Positions 1 to 12,158 of a stretch of 42,682 nt of DNA are shown here, piece after piece. This DNA is from Tubiluchus corallicola. Lineage: Eukaryota > Animalia > Priapulida. A program made the translations under genes and the position numbers. How positions within the stretch are numbered: the first letter of the stretch is position 1; every line of letters begins with the position of its first letter. The stretch spans positions 1 to 42,682 of the forward strand of contig JAQGDQ010001400.1 in assembly GCA_030141605.1 (NCBI GenBank). Reading direction: 5' to 3'. The notes under the pieces were generated by a model that saw only the letters and a program-made list of their open reading frames with translations, searched no databases and was not told where the DNA came from.

Positions 1-87
1 GGAAAAGATTTTATTTTACATGTGCACGCAAGCGATGGTAAGAGAAAATGTAAACTATTGGTACAGCGAGACTCATGTCCGCCTGCA

Positions 88-380
88 TTAAAGCACAAGA
101 AAACCTTTCACTTACGTATCTTATTGACAATATAAAGTAATTTACTGATTCACAGCAAAGAGTGTGCTATGAATACTCTGTGTATTTTTTCAAACTTTAC
201 TCAATGTTATCTAAACTTGTTTCAAACGACCTACCGCGCCGAAGTTTAAACTTATAACTTATATACAGCGTTGCTGCTCATGCAAGCTCTGTATGCAATA
301 AAACAGCGTGTAGGTGATATAAAATGTCAAGACGAATTTCTAAGATTAATATCTGAAGAGTACGTTTCCTTGTGCTTTGG
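88..380. mobile_element. Short non-autonomous DNA element with TTAAAG termini (family A, Kolobok/Crypton-like)
   Basis: TTAAAGCACAAGAAAAC ... GTTTCCTTGTGCTTTGG inverted ends; internal similarity to 13559-14214 (inverted) and ~17000-17200. Confidence 0.6.
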
Positions 381-1200
381 GGTCAAATTTCTATTATACC
401 AGAATAACCGGTAAAGAGGAGACAAGTTTTAACCCTTGAAAAATAGGACATTTTTATACTTCTCGGATTTTCCTCTGCACGGTGAGAAAGATGATAAAAG
501 AATGCAGATATAAGGATTAGATTTACATTAAATTTTAATAAAATTTTTAACAATAATAATAATAAGCCGTAGGAAGCAACATGGCAAAATGCAAAAGAGG
601 TGGCAATCGAGCACGCTCAACAGGTTTGAAAATGAAGCTTCTTCTTACTTCTGTAATTTCTTCTTCTTCGTCGTCTAATGGTAATTAATACTGGTGTTGT
701 TTTTCTCACTGTACTGTACCATCATTGCCATCTGTGTTTGTCCATTTCAGCATTCTCAGCAGGTGCAAAGCGGAATTTTATGATAAAAACTTATTCTCGG
801 GTAAGAAAGAACTACAAGATACAAGGTAACAAAATCGAAGAGAATTGAACAGGTGGAAGACCAGGCTAGGCAGGTGTTAAGCTCTCATGGCAAGCTTGCA
901 AACGTAAACATACCACACTGTTAAAAGTGAAATTGCTAATAAAACTGAACGTGTCAAAAGCTGCCAGCCAGCAAGGACTTGGTGGTATAAATTACCGTTT
1001 AGTGCCTGAGGTGAAATTTTATCACCCAGCAAAATAAGAAGACACAGATTTCCACTAAACATCTCAGCTGTTGGTACGCAGTGACTGAAACGTTTTTTCT
1101 TTTCATATATTTCAGTACCTTGTAAACAGTATACAGGGCTGAGAACGGGAACTAGTGAATCTGAATGTACTAAATCCTACACTCGAACCACCCCTTAATT

Positions 1201-1659
1201 TGGGGGTGTGCAAATTGCGGCCCGCGAAGAGATTTGTCAACCTAATGAAAGCACGGCCCGGGCGATTAATTGAGTGTATCCAGCTGAAGTCCGTGCCACG
1301 ATCCCAAAGATAGTGCGGGTAGTTTTTTCTACTAGATCGGATGGCATTAACCCTTACAAGACAGTTGTAGCTTAATGTCATTGTACTACACAGACTGTGT
1401 GATACACATTACTAATACGCATTGTAATGAAATTATCACTATCTGTCCTGAAAGTAGAAATATATTGTTTGTAATATATATTTTAGTAACTTCTAAAATA
1501 CTTTCTTGCATGTAGTAGTAATGATGTATGCAGGTCGGATGCAAAAAATTGTTATTAGGCCCTTCTGTACTTGGCTCCTTGATCAAACTGCATGTGGCCC
1601 TCAGGAATTGCGGGAAAGTTTAATGTGGCCCGGCTAGTCAGATAATTTGCACACCCCTG
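1201..1659. mobile_element. hAT (Charlie-like) MITE
   Basis: TIRs GGGGTGTGCAAATT/AATTTGCACACCCC; 8-bp TSD CCTTAATT at 1193-1200 and 1660-1667; GGCCC subterminal motifs. Confidence 0.85.
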
Positions 1660-4374
1660 CCTTAATTCCTCAAGAAACCTTCGAATTACATCGAATAGCT
1701 TTCACTCGACTGCGTTTACAATCACATCGTTTGAGAATTGAAACAGGACGGTGGAGCCGTTAACCGCGTGAACAAAGATTATGCCCATGTGGATCCATAA
1801 AAACGGAGGAACAGATATTAATGAGCTGTCCTGAAACTGATTACTTACAAAGGCAGTTTACCTATGTAGACTTCGAATCATTAACTTCAATACTGTCTTG
1901 CAAAAAAAGCATTTAAAATTTGTTGTGTTTTTTGAGTGTGTGTATACGACGTATAAGTTAAAAACTTACTTTGTGTGAATTAATAGTTCAATAGTGAAGC
2001 AGTGTTTGGATAACGTTTACTGTAACCTTGCAAACTCTGTGGACTAATTCTATGTTACCCCACCATTGTTAAATATATGTTATGTTGCAAAAATTGTCAG
2101 TAAAAACTACTACTAGTAGTTGTAGTTGGGTTGTGGCAGAACCGGCCCCCAGTGATCAAGGATAATCTTCTAATCAAAGATAATTCTTTAAGGATAAGAA
2201 GACAGATAAAGAAAGATGAGATGATGATTTGGTACTGATGGTTTCAATATATTCTGGATGCATGTAAACCTTGAAGGAGTTAAGTAACAGGATAGCCGGA
2301 GGTGAAATCGTCTAGAAGTTTTACGCATGACGATCACATTATCCATTTACTGGTCAGATTCGGCGCAGCTTCACTTTGGTCGCTAAGCACGCACAGGGCC
2401 GCTCGCCCGTAAAAACGCAGCCGTAAAGAGTAGATTTGATAATGGTATTGCTAACTACAATATCACACTTCATTGAACATAAGCCTAAACTAATTACTTG
2501 TTTTTAAACTAAACTGGAAAAAACAATCATGCAGTTGTAATAAGATTTACTCCATCCTGAAAGACATTCTCAAAAAGACTGGCATTTTTGCTCGAGTAAC
2601 TTAGCCTGGAAAATAGGAGATGTTCGTTCTTAAGGTTCCAATGACACGATTCAGTGTCGGGAAAATTCCAGAAAAAAGGGATACGCGTTCCAGATTCATG
2701 AAAACATGCCAGTGAACTCGCGGTCTAGTTTGCAAGCAGCTTTCACAGAATCAACGTATTTATCAGTAATATCTGGTCAATGTGTTCTTACGTTAAAACT
2801 ATGCCAATTTTTTCATGAAGTTTTTATCTGTCTCGATAAACTCGCTAGTGGTGAAAAAAGTACAAGGATATTCTTAACATCAAAATGTGCTATGGAAAAT
2901 ATGAGATTAAGAAACAGATAAAAAGATTTCCACGCAAAATTCCAGACACCAAACGACCAAAAGTTACGTTTTCGGTGTTATACATTTGTTACAATTTCTG
3001 GCAAGTAACGCATATAGAAAACATGGCGTAAACGCCCTTCAAATCTCGATCATTGTCGTACAGAAAACAAACAAAGCGACTAGATAAAAAACCCAACAGA
3101 GATGCAGTGAGCCACTTTGCTCCTAATCGCATTACACCACCTTAAGTCAATACAAATCACGCTACAAGTAAGTAGTTATTGGGTCATCAATATATTTATC
3201 TAATAATAACGGTCTAGGATATGATCCTTGGCGTGTACTTTGTCACTGCTGGTCCAATGACCTAGCTGGGAGAGAACGCTTTCACAACGCAGTTCATTAA
3301 CCGGCGTACGACCTGAGACTTGTGTATTTGTTATGGCGCAGTAGCAATGTACGCATCTTGGCGCAATGCCAGAACGACAGCTCATAGCTCGCCACGATCG
3401 GTATAGATATGAAGAGGTTGAAACAAAACAGACGCATTGCAGAAAAGTAAAGCTAACCTGCGTGTAGCGCTAGCTCTGAGGGTGTAGGTCAAAAGACACC
3501 ACAGTCAAAGGACCACATATCAAAGGACCACCACTCAAAAAACAATCAGACAAACACCCACTGGTCAATGATTCGCCTAAAAAGACAAAAGGACCACTAG
3601 TCAAAGGGCCACCAATAAAAGTTAACACACCAGGTAAATGTCAACTGAAAAACCATTTGAGATACATTTTGGTTTGTGCTATCAGCAAGGAGTCTAAACT
3701 GTAAAGTTTTGCATTATTTAGTTTTCAGTATTGTTTTATGCATTACGCAATTCGATGGTGCTATAAATTAAAAAAAATTAAATTTAAATTTAAATTTATT
3801 AAGTTAAAAAACAGTTTGGAAATAATATCTTCATGTGCAACTCATAACAACTTTTCCCTACCAAACTCATGGTTGAGAATCACGTGATCAATGACCTGTG
3901 CTCATTTGACTCCCCCCCCCCGCTTTTGATGCAAAGATGTTGTGAAACACTTTAGCAGCCAATTTAAACACCTAAATGTCCATTCACGTGGCTTACTGGC
4001 TCCAGGTTGCGTAATTAGTAACCAAGCAACGTCGACATTTGTACAGAAGCCAAAATCCCTCATCAAACGGCTGAGCGAAACGAAATTACAAACTTTACAA
4101 ACAAGAATTTTGCGTCTCCGTCATAGTTGGAAATTTCACAGCTTAAACTACGCAATGGTCTTACAGTTTTAAAGAGAATAAGTTGGGTTATGATTATTGA
4201 TCGACTGCCAAGTGAAAAACAGCACTAATATCTATGACGCCATACGAGGGCAACAGCCTCTGATAGTTAATGCCAGAACCATTGCACACAAAGCATAGCT
4301 TAGAATCAATAAAACTTCAGTGCAGCAGTATGACTAATATATCAATCCCAAGTGCACGTTTCTCCTCAATAATG

Positions 4375-4586
4375 TGTATTAAAGTTCGTGAAAGAGCAAA
4401 TCACGTTTCTGCTAAATAATGTTTATTAAAGTTCGTGTAAGAGCAAATCACATTTCTGCTAAATAATCTTATTAAAGTTCGTGTAAGAGCAAATCACATT
4501 TCTGCTAAATAATCTTATTAAAGTTCGTGTAAGAGCAAATCACATTTCTGCTGAATAATGTTTATTAAAGTTCGTGTAAGAGCAAA
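4375..4586. repeat. ~46-bp tandem repeat, ~4.5 copies
   Basis: Unit approximately TTATTAAAGTTCGTGTAAGAGCAAATCACATTTCTGCTAAATAATC. Confidence 0.9.
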
Positions 4587-4779
4587 GCGTATCCATCGTA
4601 AAGAGTATCATAACCTGCTAACTATAAGAAGCTGTATTAAAATTCTGTAGCCAATGGCAAACTAATTTGATATTCTCAAGTGTGATATTCAGTACTGAAT
4701 GCTAAGCTAGCCTGAGATTCAGTAGTGAATGTAAGCCAGTTTGACATTCATTAGCTGCTATACAGTAGTGAATATAAGC

Positions 4780-6879
4780 CAGTTTGATATTCAAAGTCGG
4801 ATATTCAGTACTAAATGTCAACTAGTTTGATATTTAGTGTTTGATATTCAGTACTGAATGCAACTAGTTTGATATTTAGTGTTTGATATTCAGTACTGAA
4901 TGCAACTAGTTTGATATTTAGTGTTTGATATTCAGTACTGAATGCAACTAGTTTGATATTTGGAGTCTGATATTCAGTACTGAATGTAACTAGTTTGATA
5001 TTTAGTGTCTGATATTCAGTACTGAATGTAACTGGTTTGATATTTAGTGCCTGATATTCAGTACTGAATGTAACTGGTTTGATATTTAGTGTCTGATATT
5101 CAGTACTGAATGTAACTGGTTTGATATTTAGTGTCTGATATTCAGTACTGAATGTAACTAGTTTATATATTTAGTATCTGATATTCAGTACTGAATGTAC
5201 TAGTTTGATATTTAGTGTCTGATATTCAGTACTGAATGTAACTGGTTTAATATTTAGTGTCTGATTATCATCGCTGAATGTAACTGGTTTGATATTTAGT
5301 GTCTGATATTCAGTACTGAATGTACTAGTTTGATATTTAGTGTCTGATATTCAGTACTGAATGTAACTGGTTTGATATTTAGTGTCTGATGTTCAGTACT
5401 GAATGTACTAGTTTGATATTTAGTGTCTGATATTCAGTACTGAATGTAACTGGTTTGATATTTAGTGTCTGATGTTCAATACTGAATGTACTAGTTTGAT
5501 ATTTAGTGTCTGATATTCAGTACTGAATGTAACTGGTTTGATATTTAGTGTCTGATATTCAGTACTGAATGTACTAGTTTGATATTTAGTGTCTGATATT
5601 CAGTACTGAATGTAACTGGTTTGATATTTAGTGCCTGATATTCAGTACTGAATGTACTAGTTTGATATTTAGTGTCTGATATTCAGTACTGAATGCAACT
5701 AGTTTGATATTTGGTGTCTGATATTCAGTACTGAATGTACTAGTTTGATATTTAGTGTCTGATATTCAGTACTGAATGTAACTGGTTTGATATTTAGTGT
5801 CTGATGTTCAATACTGAATGTACTAGTTTGATATTTAGTGTCTGATATTCAGTACTGAATGTAACTGGTTTGATATTTAGTGTCTGATATTCAGTACTGA
5901 ATGTAGCTGGTTTGATATTTAGTGTCTGATATTCAGTACTGAATGTAACTGGTTTGATATTTAGTGTCTGATATTCAGTACTGAATGTAACTAGTTTATA
6001 TATTTAGTGTCTGATATTCAGTACTGAATGTACTAGTTTGATATTTAGTGTCTGATATTCAGTACTGAATGTAACTGGTTTGATATTTAGTGTCTGATTA
6101 TCATCGCTGAATGTAACTGGTTTGATATTTAGTGTCTGATATTCAGTACTGAATGTACTAGTTTGATATTTAGTGTCTGATATTCAGTACTGAATGTAAC
6201 TGGTTTGATATTTAGTGCCTGATATTCAGTACTGAATGTAACTGGTTTGATATTTAGTGTCTGATGTTCAATACTGAATGTACTAGTTTGATATTTAGTG
6301 TCTGATATTCAGTACTGAATGTAACTGGTTTGATATTTAGTGTCTGATATTCAGTACTGAATGTACTAGTTTGATATTTAGTGTCTGATATTCAGTACTG
6401 AATGTAACTGGTTTGATATTTAGTGTCTGATATTCAGTACTGAATGTAACTGGTTTGATATTTAGTGTCTGATATTCAGTACTGAATGTACTAGTTTGAT
6501 ATTTAGTGTCTGATATTCAGTACTGAATGTACTAGTTTGATATTTAGTGTCTGATATTCAGTACTGAATGTAACTGGTTTGATATTTAGTGCCTGATATT
6601 CAGTACTGAATGTACTAGTTTGATATTTAGTGTCTGATATTCAGTACTGAATGTAACTAGATTGATATTTAGTGTCTGATATTCAGTACTGAATGTAGCT
6701 GGTTTGATATTTAGTGTCTGATATTCAGTACTGAATGTAACTCGTTTGATATTTAGTGTCTGATATTCAGTACTGAATGTAGCTGGTCTGATATTTAGTG
6801 TCTGACATTCAGTACTGAATGTAACTGGTTTGATATTTAGTGTCTGATTATTATCACTGAACGTCAACTAGTTTGATAT
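4780..6879. repeat. 41/42-bp minisatellite, ~50 copies, with internal palindrome ATTCAGTACTGAAT
   Basis: Unit TTTGATATTTAGTGTCTGATATTCAGTACTGAATGTAACTGG; degenerate copies from ~4665. Confidence 0.97.
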
Positions 6880-7369
6880 AATGTATTAATTTAACCCACT
6901 CTAGCTGCACATAAAACCAGTATATTTTGCATGTGGTAATGTTTGAAAACAAAGACCACACGGGATGCACAGGTAGCAGCCTGTTTACCTTGAAAACTAG
7001 CCTGTTCACTTCGTAACCTTGATGAATAAATCAGCTGTATTTGACCAGCGGGTGCGGCATTCTTATGAAAATTTATTTAATAATATAACATAACATAAAC
7101 GCTGTTTGCCTTGAAATCACCCACCTCAGGTAACAGTAGACTGAGTTTAATCAAACTTCAATTATAAACCTGTTATATTATAGTCTTCTCACCGAAACTT
7201 CAAATGGTCCGCATGAATTTACAGTATGACGTATCATACAACTTCCTAGCCTCATAAAATTACTTGTAGTTAAATGACATGGGAGGAGGGAAATATTTGA
7301 TATCTATGGTGAGAGATATCTAAAGTGAAAGGCAAATTAAATTTCAGAAGGAGTTTACTATTTAAATTT

Positions 7370-7590
7370 TTAGAGGTCTAAAAGTAAACCCCACACAATT
7401 TAAATACTCTAACCCTAACCCATACCCTAACCTAACCATAACCCTAACTCTACCCCAAATTAACTCTAACACTACCTAACCATAATCTAGCCACAACCCT
7501 AACCCTACCCTAATCTGTTTCACGAACTATTTTCTGTGTGGGGAAAATTGCAAACTATAACCCAAATTTGTGCAACTTGCACCTCTAAAA
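7370..7590. repeat. Degenerate (AACCCT)n telomere-like tract with short inverted flanks, probably a non-autonomous element
   Basis: aaccctaacc... at 7408-7514, flanked by TTTAGAGGT/ACCTCTAAA and CCCCACACA/TGTGTGGGG. Confidence 0.5.
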
Positions 7591-8065
7591 GTCAAATGAT
7601 TTTTACACCGGTGAAATTTTCCATTTCATTATGAATTTTAAAAACTATAAAACGCGAAGATATTCACATAAGGTGCAGCACATATGGGATAAACGTAAAG
7701 AAACTAGTATTCAGAAAATCTGTACAAAGAAGTTGAAGTTGTCAGATTAAGTCAACATCATTAAAATTTGTAATTGCGAAGATTTCCATTTAAAGGGAAA
7801 GACAACTGGATACCAGGCAGCTGTTTACGTTATAAAATATTTCAATAAAACAGCAATAGCCAAATCATGTTATGCTAAATGAACAACCAACATTAGCCAA
7901 CTTGGAACAACAATATGCTACGATGTTTCCTTGTAAATTTTCTGCTTAAGTGCATCAGTGAAAGTCCAACTGAGTAAGTTCCTTTTTCCTTGAGCAGAAT
8001 ATATAAATTGTGTATTGTAGCTTGACTAAGATCTAGGTTAAAACTATCTTCATCTGATCACAATC

Positions 8066-9158
8066 TAGTAACAAGAGTAAACTTTCCTCACATTAGTAAT
8101 AAGAGCAAACTTTCTTCACATTAGTAACAAGAGTAAACTTTCCTCACATTAGTAACAAGAGTAAACTTTCCTCACATTAGTAATAAGAGCAAACTTTCCT
8201 CACATTAGTAACAAGAGTAAACTTTATTCACATTAGTAACAAGAGTAAACTTTCTTCACGTTAGTAACAAGAGTAAACTTTCTTCACGTTAGTAACAAGA
8301 GCAAACTTTCTTCACGTTAGTAACAAGAGCAAACTTTCTTAACATTAGTAACAAGAGTAAACTTTCTTCACATTAGTAACAAGAGCAAACTTTCTTCACG
8401 TTAGTAACAAGAGCAAACTTTCCTCATATTAGTAACAAGAGTAAACTTTCTTCACGTTAGTAACAAGAGCAAACTTTCCTCATATTAGTAACAAGAGTAA
8501 ACTTTCTTCACGTTAGTAACAAGAGTAATCTTTCTTCACGTTAGTAACAAGAGTAATCTTTCTTCACGTTAGTAACAAGAGTAATCTTTCTTCACGTTAG
8601 TAACAAGAGCAAACTTTCCTCATATTAGTAACAAGAGTAAACTTTCTTCACGTTAGTAACAAGAGTAATCTTTCTTCACGTTAGTAACAAGAGCAAACTT
8701 TCCTCATATTAGTAACAAGAGTAAACTTTCTTCACGTTATTAACAAGAGCAAACTTTCCTCATATTAGTAACAAGAGTAAACTTTCTTCACGTTAGTAAC
8801 AAGAGTAATCTTTCTTCACGTTAGTAACAAGAGCAAACTTTCCTCATATTAGTAACAAGAGTAAACTTTCTTCACGTTAGTAACAAGAGTAATCTTTCTT
8901 CACGTTAGTAACAAGAGTAATCTTTCTTCACGTTAGTAACAAGAGTAAACTTTCCTCACATTAGTAACAAGAGTAAACTTTCCTCACATTAGTAACAAGA
9001 GTAAATTTCCCTCACATTAGTAACAAGAGCAAATTTTCTTCACGTGAGTAACAAGAGTAAATTTTCTTCACATTAGTAATAAGAGTAAACTTTTCTCACA
9101 TTAGTAACAAGAGTAAACTTTCCTCACATTAGTAACAATAGTAAACTTTCCTCACATT
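8066..9158. repeat. 28-bp minisatellite, ~39 copies
   Basis: Unit TTAGTAACAAGAGTAAACTTTCTTCACG with C/T variants. Confidence 0.97.
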
Positions 9159-9241
9159 CTTTCAGTCAGGTTTGATTTTCAAAAACTCAACAATCGTTGA
9201 GTTCATTTCGTTATATCACATCTGCAAAAAGTTGAACTTAC

Positions 9242-9364
9242 CTATTTTCAATTTTGTCTCATTTGGCGAAGGACTCGTTTTCCCGGAGTGACACAGGAGA
9301 ATATTCTGCGGCTTTAGATCTCTGTGCACGATGCCTTTAGATGTAAGAGCCTTCATTGCGGCAG
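9242..9364 (-). CDS. ULK2: ULK/Atg1 coding exon 7 (catalytic loop HRDLKPQN)
   Basis: tttcttctag acceptor, GTAAGT donor, 123 nt, ends LKI-(A) just before the expected DFG. Confidence 0.96.
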
Positions 9365-12100
9365 CTAGAAGAAAGAAAAGTTAATAGTACAGAAGAAAAA
9401 AGATGTAAGAGATTTCATTGCGGCAGCTAGAAGAAAGAAAATTTAATAGTACAGAAGAAAAAAGATGCAAGAGATTTCATTGCGGCAGCTAGAAGAAAGA
9501 AAAGCTAATAGTACAGAAGAAAAAAGATGTAAGAGATTTCATTGGAACAGCTAGAAGAAAGAAAAGCTAATAGTACAGAAGAAAAAAGCTTTCACTGCAG
9601 CAGTAGAAGAAAAAGTTAAAAGTACAGAAGAAAAAAGATGTAAGAGCCTTCATTGGAAGTTAGAAGAAAGAAACATTGATAGTACAGAAGAAAAAGATAC
9701 AAGATGTTTCGTGGCATCAGCTAGAAGAAAGAGCTAGAAGAAGATGTTAATAGTATAGAAGAAAAATAAAGAAACGAAGCAACTTCCAAATGTGTAGAAA
9801 CCATGAACGATGTTATTGATGAAGGACAGAGATTCCTGTAAGGTTCCTTACGTCAAAAGTTCTTTTTCTGTCATCCAGCTAAGTGAAAGTGTTGTCAAGG
9901 AGCACAAGGACGAACTAATATTAGAAACTTAATGAGAAACAAAATGTTGAGAGAGGCAGAGTAAACAGAAAGAAAAGATCGTGTTAAACTCAAATAAAAC
10001 TTCGTGTTTCTGTGCATGGTGGCACTTTATATGATTTTAAAACAGGCTCAAGTATCTCACCTAGGTAAAAGCAAAACTGTGCAGCGTTAAAGGAAAGATC
10101 AAGCCTTTTGGAAAGTTACATTTATTTCAAGATTAGTGAAAAATGTTAGAAGGATTTAGTAATAACAGTGCGATAAGCGCCTCAAGTGATTAGTAAAATC
10201 ACTGCAAAGTCCCAATCATTTTACGCTTGAATGCACCCATTTTGATTGCCAATTCTGTTGAAGAAACAATCACCCAATCACCAGTTGAAGAAAAGCAGAG
10301 CACTGTCAAAATGCGCCAAAAGTACAAGTTTTTACAAAAAATCAGATACCTAATTTTGCATAATTTTTTCGTGAACATTAGGTAAGCCGCAAAAGTTTGA
10401 ATAGTTTAAACAGCGCGCGCTCATGGAAAGCCACGACGTGCTTACAAAAAGTCACAAAATCCACCAGTTATGTCATAGATTTCAAGTGAATGCCGGCAAA
10501 CACCGAGTCTGAAAATTTCTATATAATGGTGGCATAAATGAACTTTACGCTTTACAGATAGGATCTCATATATTTTTCTAAGTTTAAGTGATAACAGTAA
10601 AATAAACCCAACATGCTAAATGAGTTGTTCGTTCCTTTAGCACACCACAAACAGTTTAAATGATAATAGTAAAACAAACCCAACATACTGAGTGACTTGT
10701 TCTTTCCCTTAGCACACCACAAACAGTTTAAGTGATAACAGTAAAACAAACTCATCATGCTAAGTGACTTGTTCTTTCCTTTAGCACAGCACAAACAGTT
10801 TAAATGATAATAGTAAAATAAACCCAACATACTGAGTGGCTTGTTCTTTCCCTTAGCACACCACAAACAGTTTAAATGATAATAGTAAAATAAACCCAAC
10901 ATACTGAGTGACTTGTTCTTTCCTTTAGCACACCACAAACAGTTTAAATGATAATAGTAAAATAAACCCAACATACTGAGTGACTTGTTCTTTTCTTTAA
11001 GACACCACAAACAGTTTAAACGATAATAGTAAAATAAACCCAACATGCTAAATGAGTTGTCCTTTCCGTTAAGAAACCCACTCATCTATACATCATAATG
11101 CCAACATGAAACTTACCTATCTGCTTTAGGAAGAGCATAATGGTGTCCTCACTCAAGGTTCCTTTAGCTATACATAAAATAGAAAAGCTATTAGCTAATG
11201 GTATACCTCACAGAAATTGAATACCTAGCATGGAGAGATATCATCAAAGGTATAACGACTAATGAGAAAGGAATCTGATGGCCATTTGCTAACAGTGAAT
11301 TCAGAAATTTGAAGCCACAAATGACATTAAATACATCAAAATTCACTGAGGCTGGGCAAGCAGCAAATTAGAATTTGTTAAAGTTCTTTGCTAACACTGT
11401 CAATTGTGCCAGTGTTTTAGGCATTAGAACTAAGACTGTTGGGTTACATGCTTGCAACGTAACCTTATAAAGAGATTTGTTTCACTGTAAAGCCAGTCTC
11501 AATCTCGTTCTCTTTGTTGTTCATTATACAAGTTTTTAGACAGTTTTATTATTGTGCTGTGTGATAACAGAGTAACATGCTGTTCTAAATTTTTATGACT
11601 TCTATGCAATGTGAAATCGCATGGAATGGATTCCAAGGTAACGGTAAATGCAAATCTAAATAACACATCCAGTCAGTTGGGTAGAAAGTCTCAACAACCC
11701 CAAATGCTTCACTTTCCGGACTAGAGACAGCAAGCCTACTAAATCGAATCCATTTTTAACATACCGTTACTAATCAACAGGTGCACAAATCTTATTTAAG
11801 AGGTTTAAAGTATTTATAAATATTAATTTGAATTTATTAAAACCAGTGGATTAAACATATTGCAGTCTCTCTAGAGTGACTGTGTGCTGTTTGTGTTTGG
11901 ATTCAGTTAAATGCTACACCCAGAAAATCTATACGTTTCAGGCAATACAGCAAGTCTATGAGATCAATATGTACAGTAAGACACTGTAGAACGGAGAGCA
12001 GTTACAGGATGCTGAGGAAGCAGGGCGTAAGTAAGGGAAAATGTCTATGTGCTCATGGGAAGGTTCTCAAAGACTCAAATGAATGAGAGAGAGAGAGAGC

Positions 12101-12158
<58 letters not shown>

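Noticed and set aside
4040-4062. Minus-strand DFGF as the missing ULK DFG exon
   Set aside because: Continues DFGFCTNVDV rather than the expected DFGFAR...TLCGSPMYM and lacks a fitting phase-1 acceptor
8066-9158. CRISPR-like appearance of 26-42-bp repeats
   Set aside because: Units are head-to-tail with no unique spacers, there are no cas genes, and the context is eukaryotic
10552-11085. 177-aa Cys/Tyr-rich periodic ORF
   Set aside because: Translation of the 72-bp repeat of a MITE end
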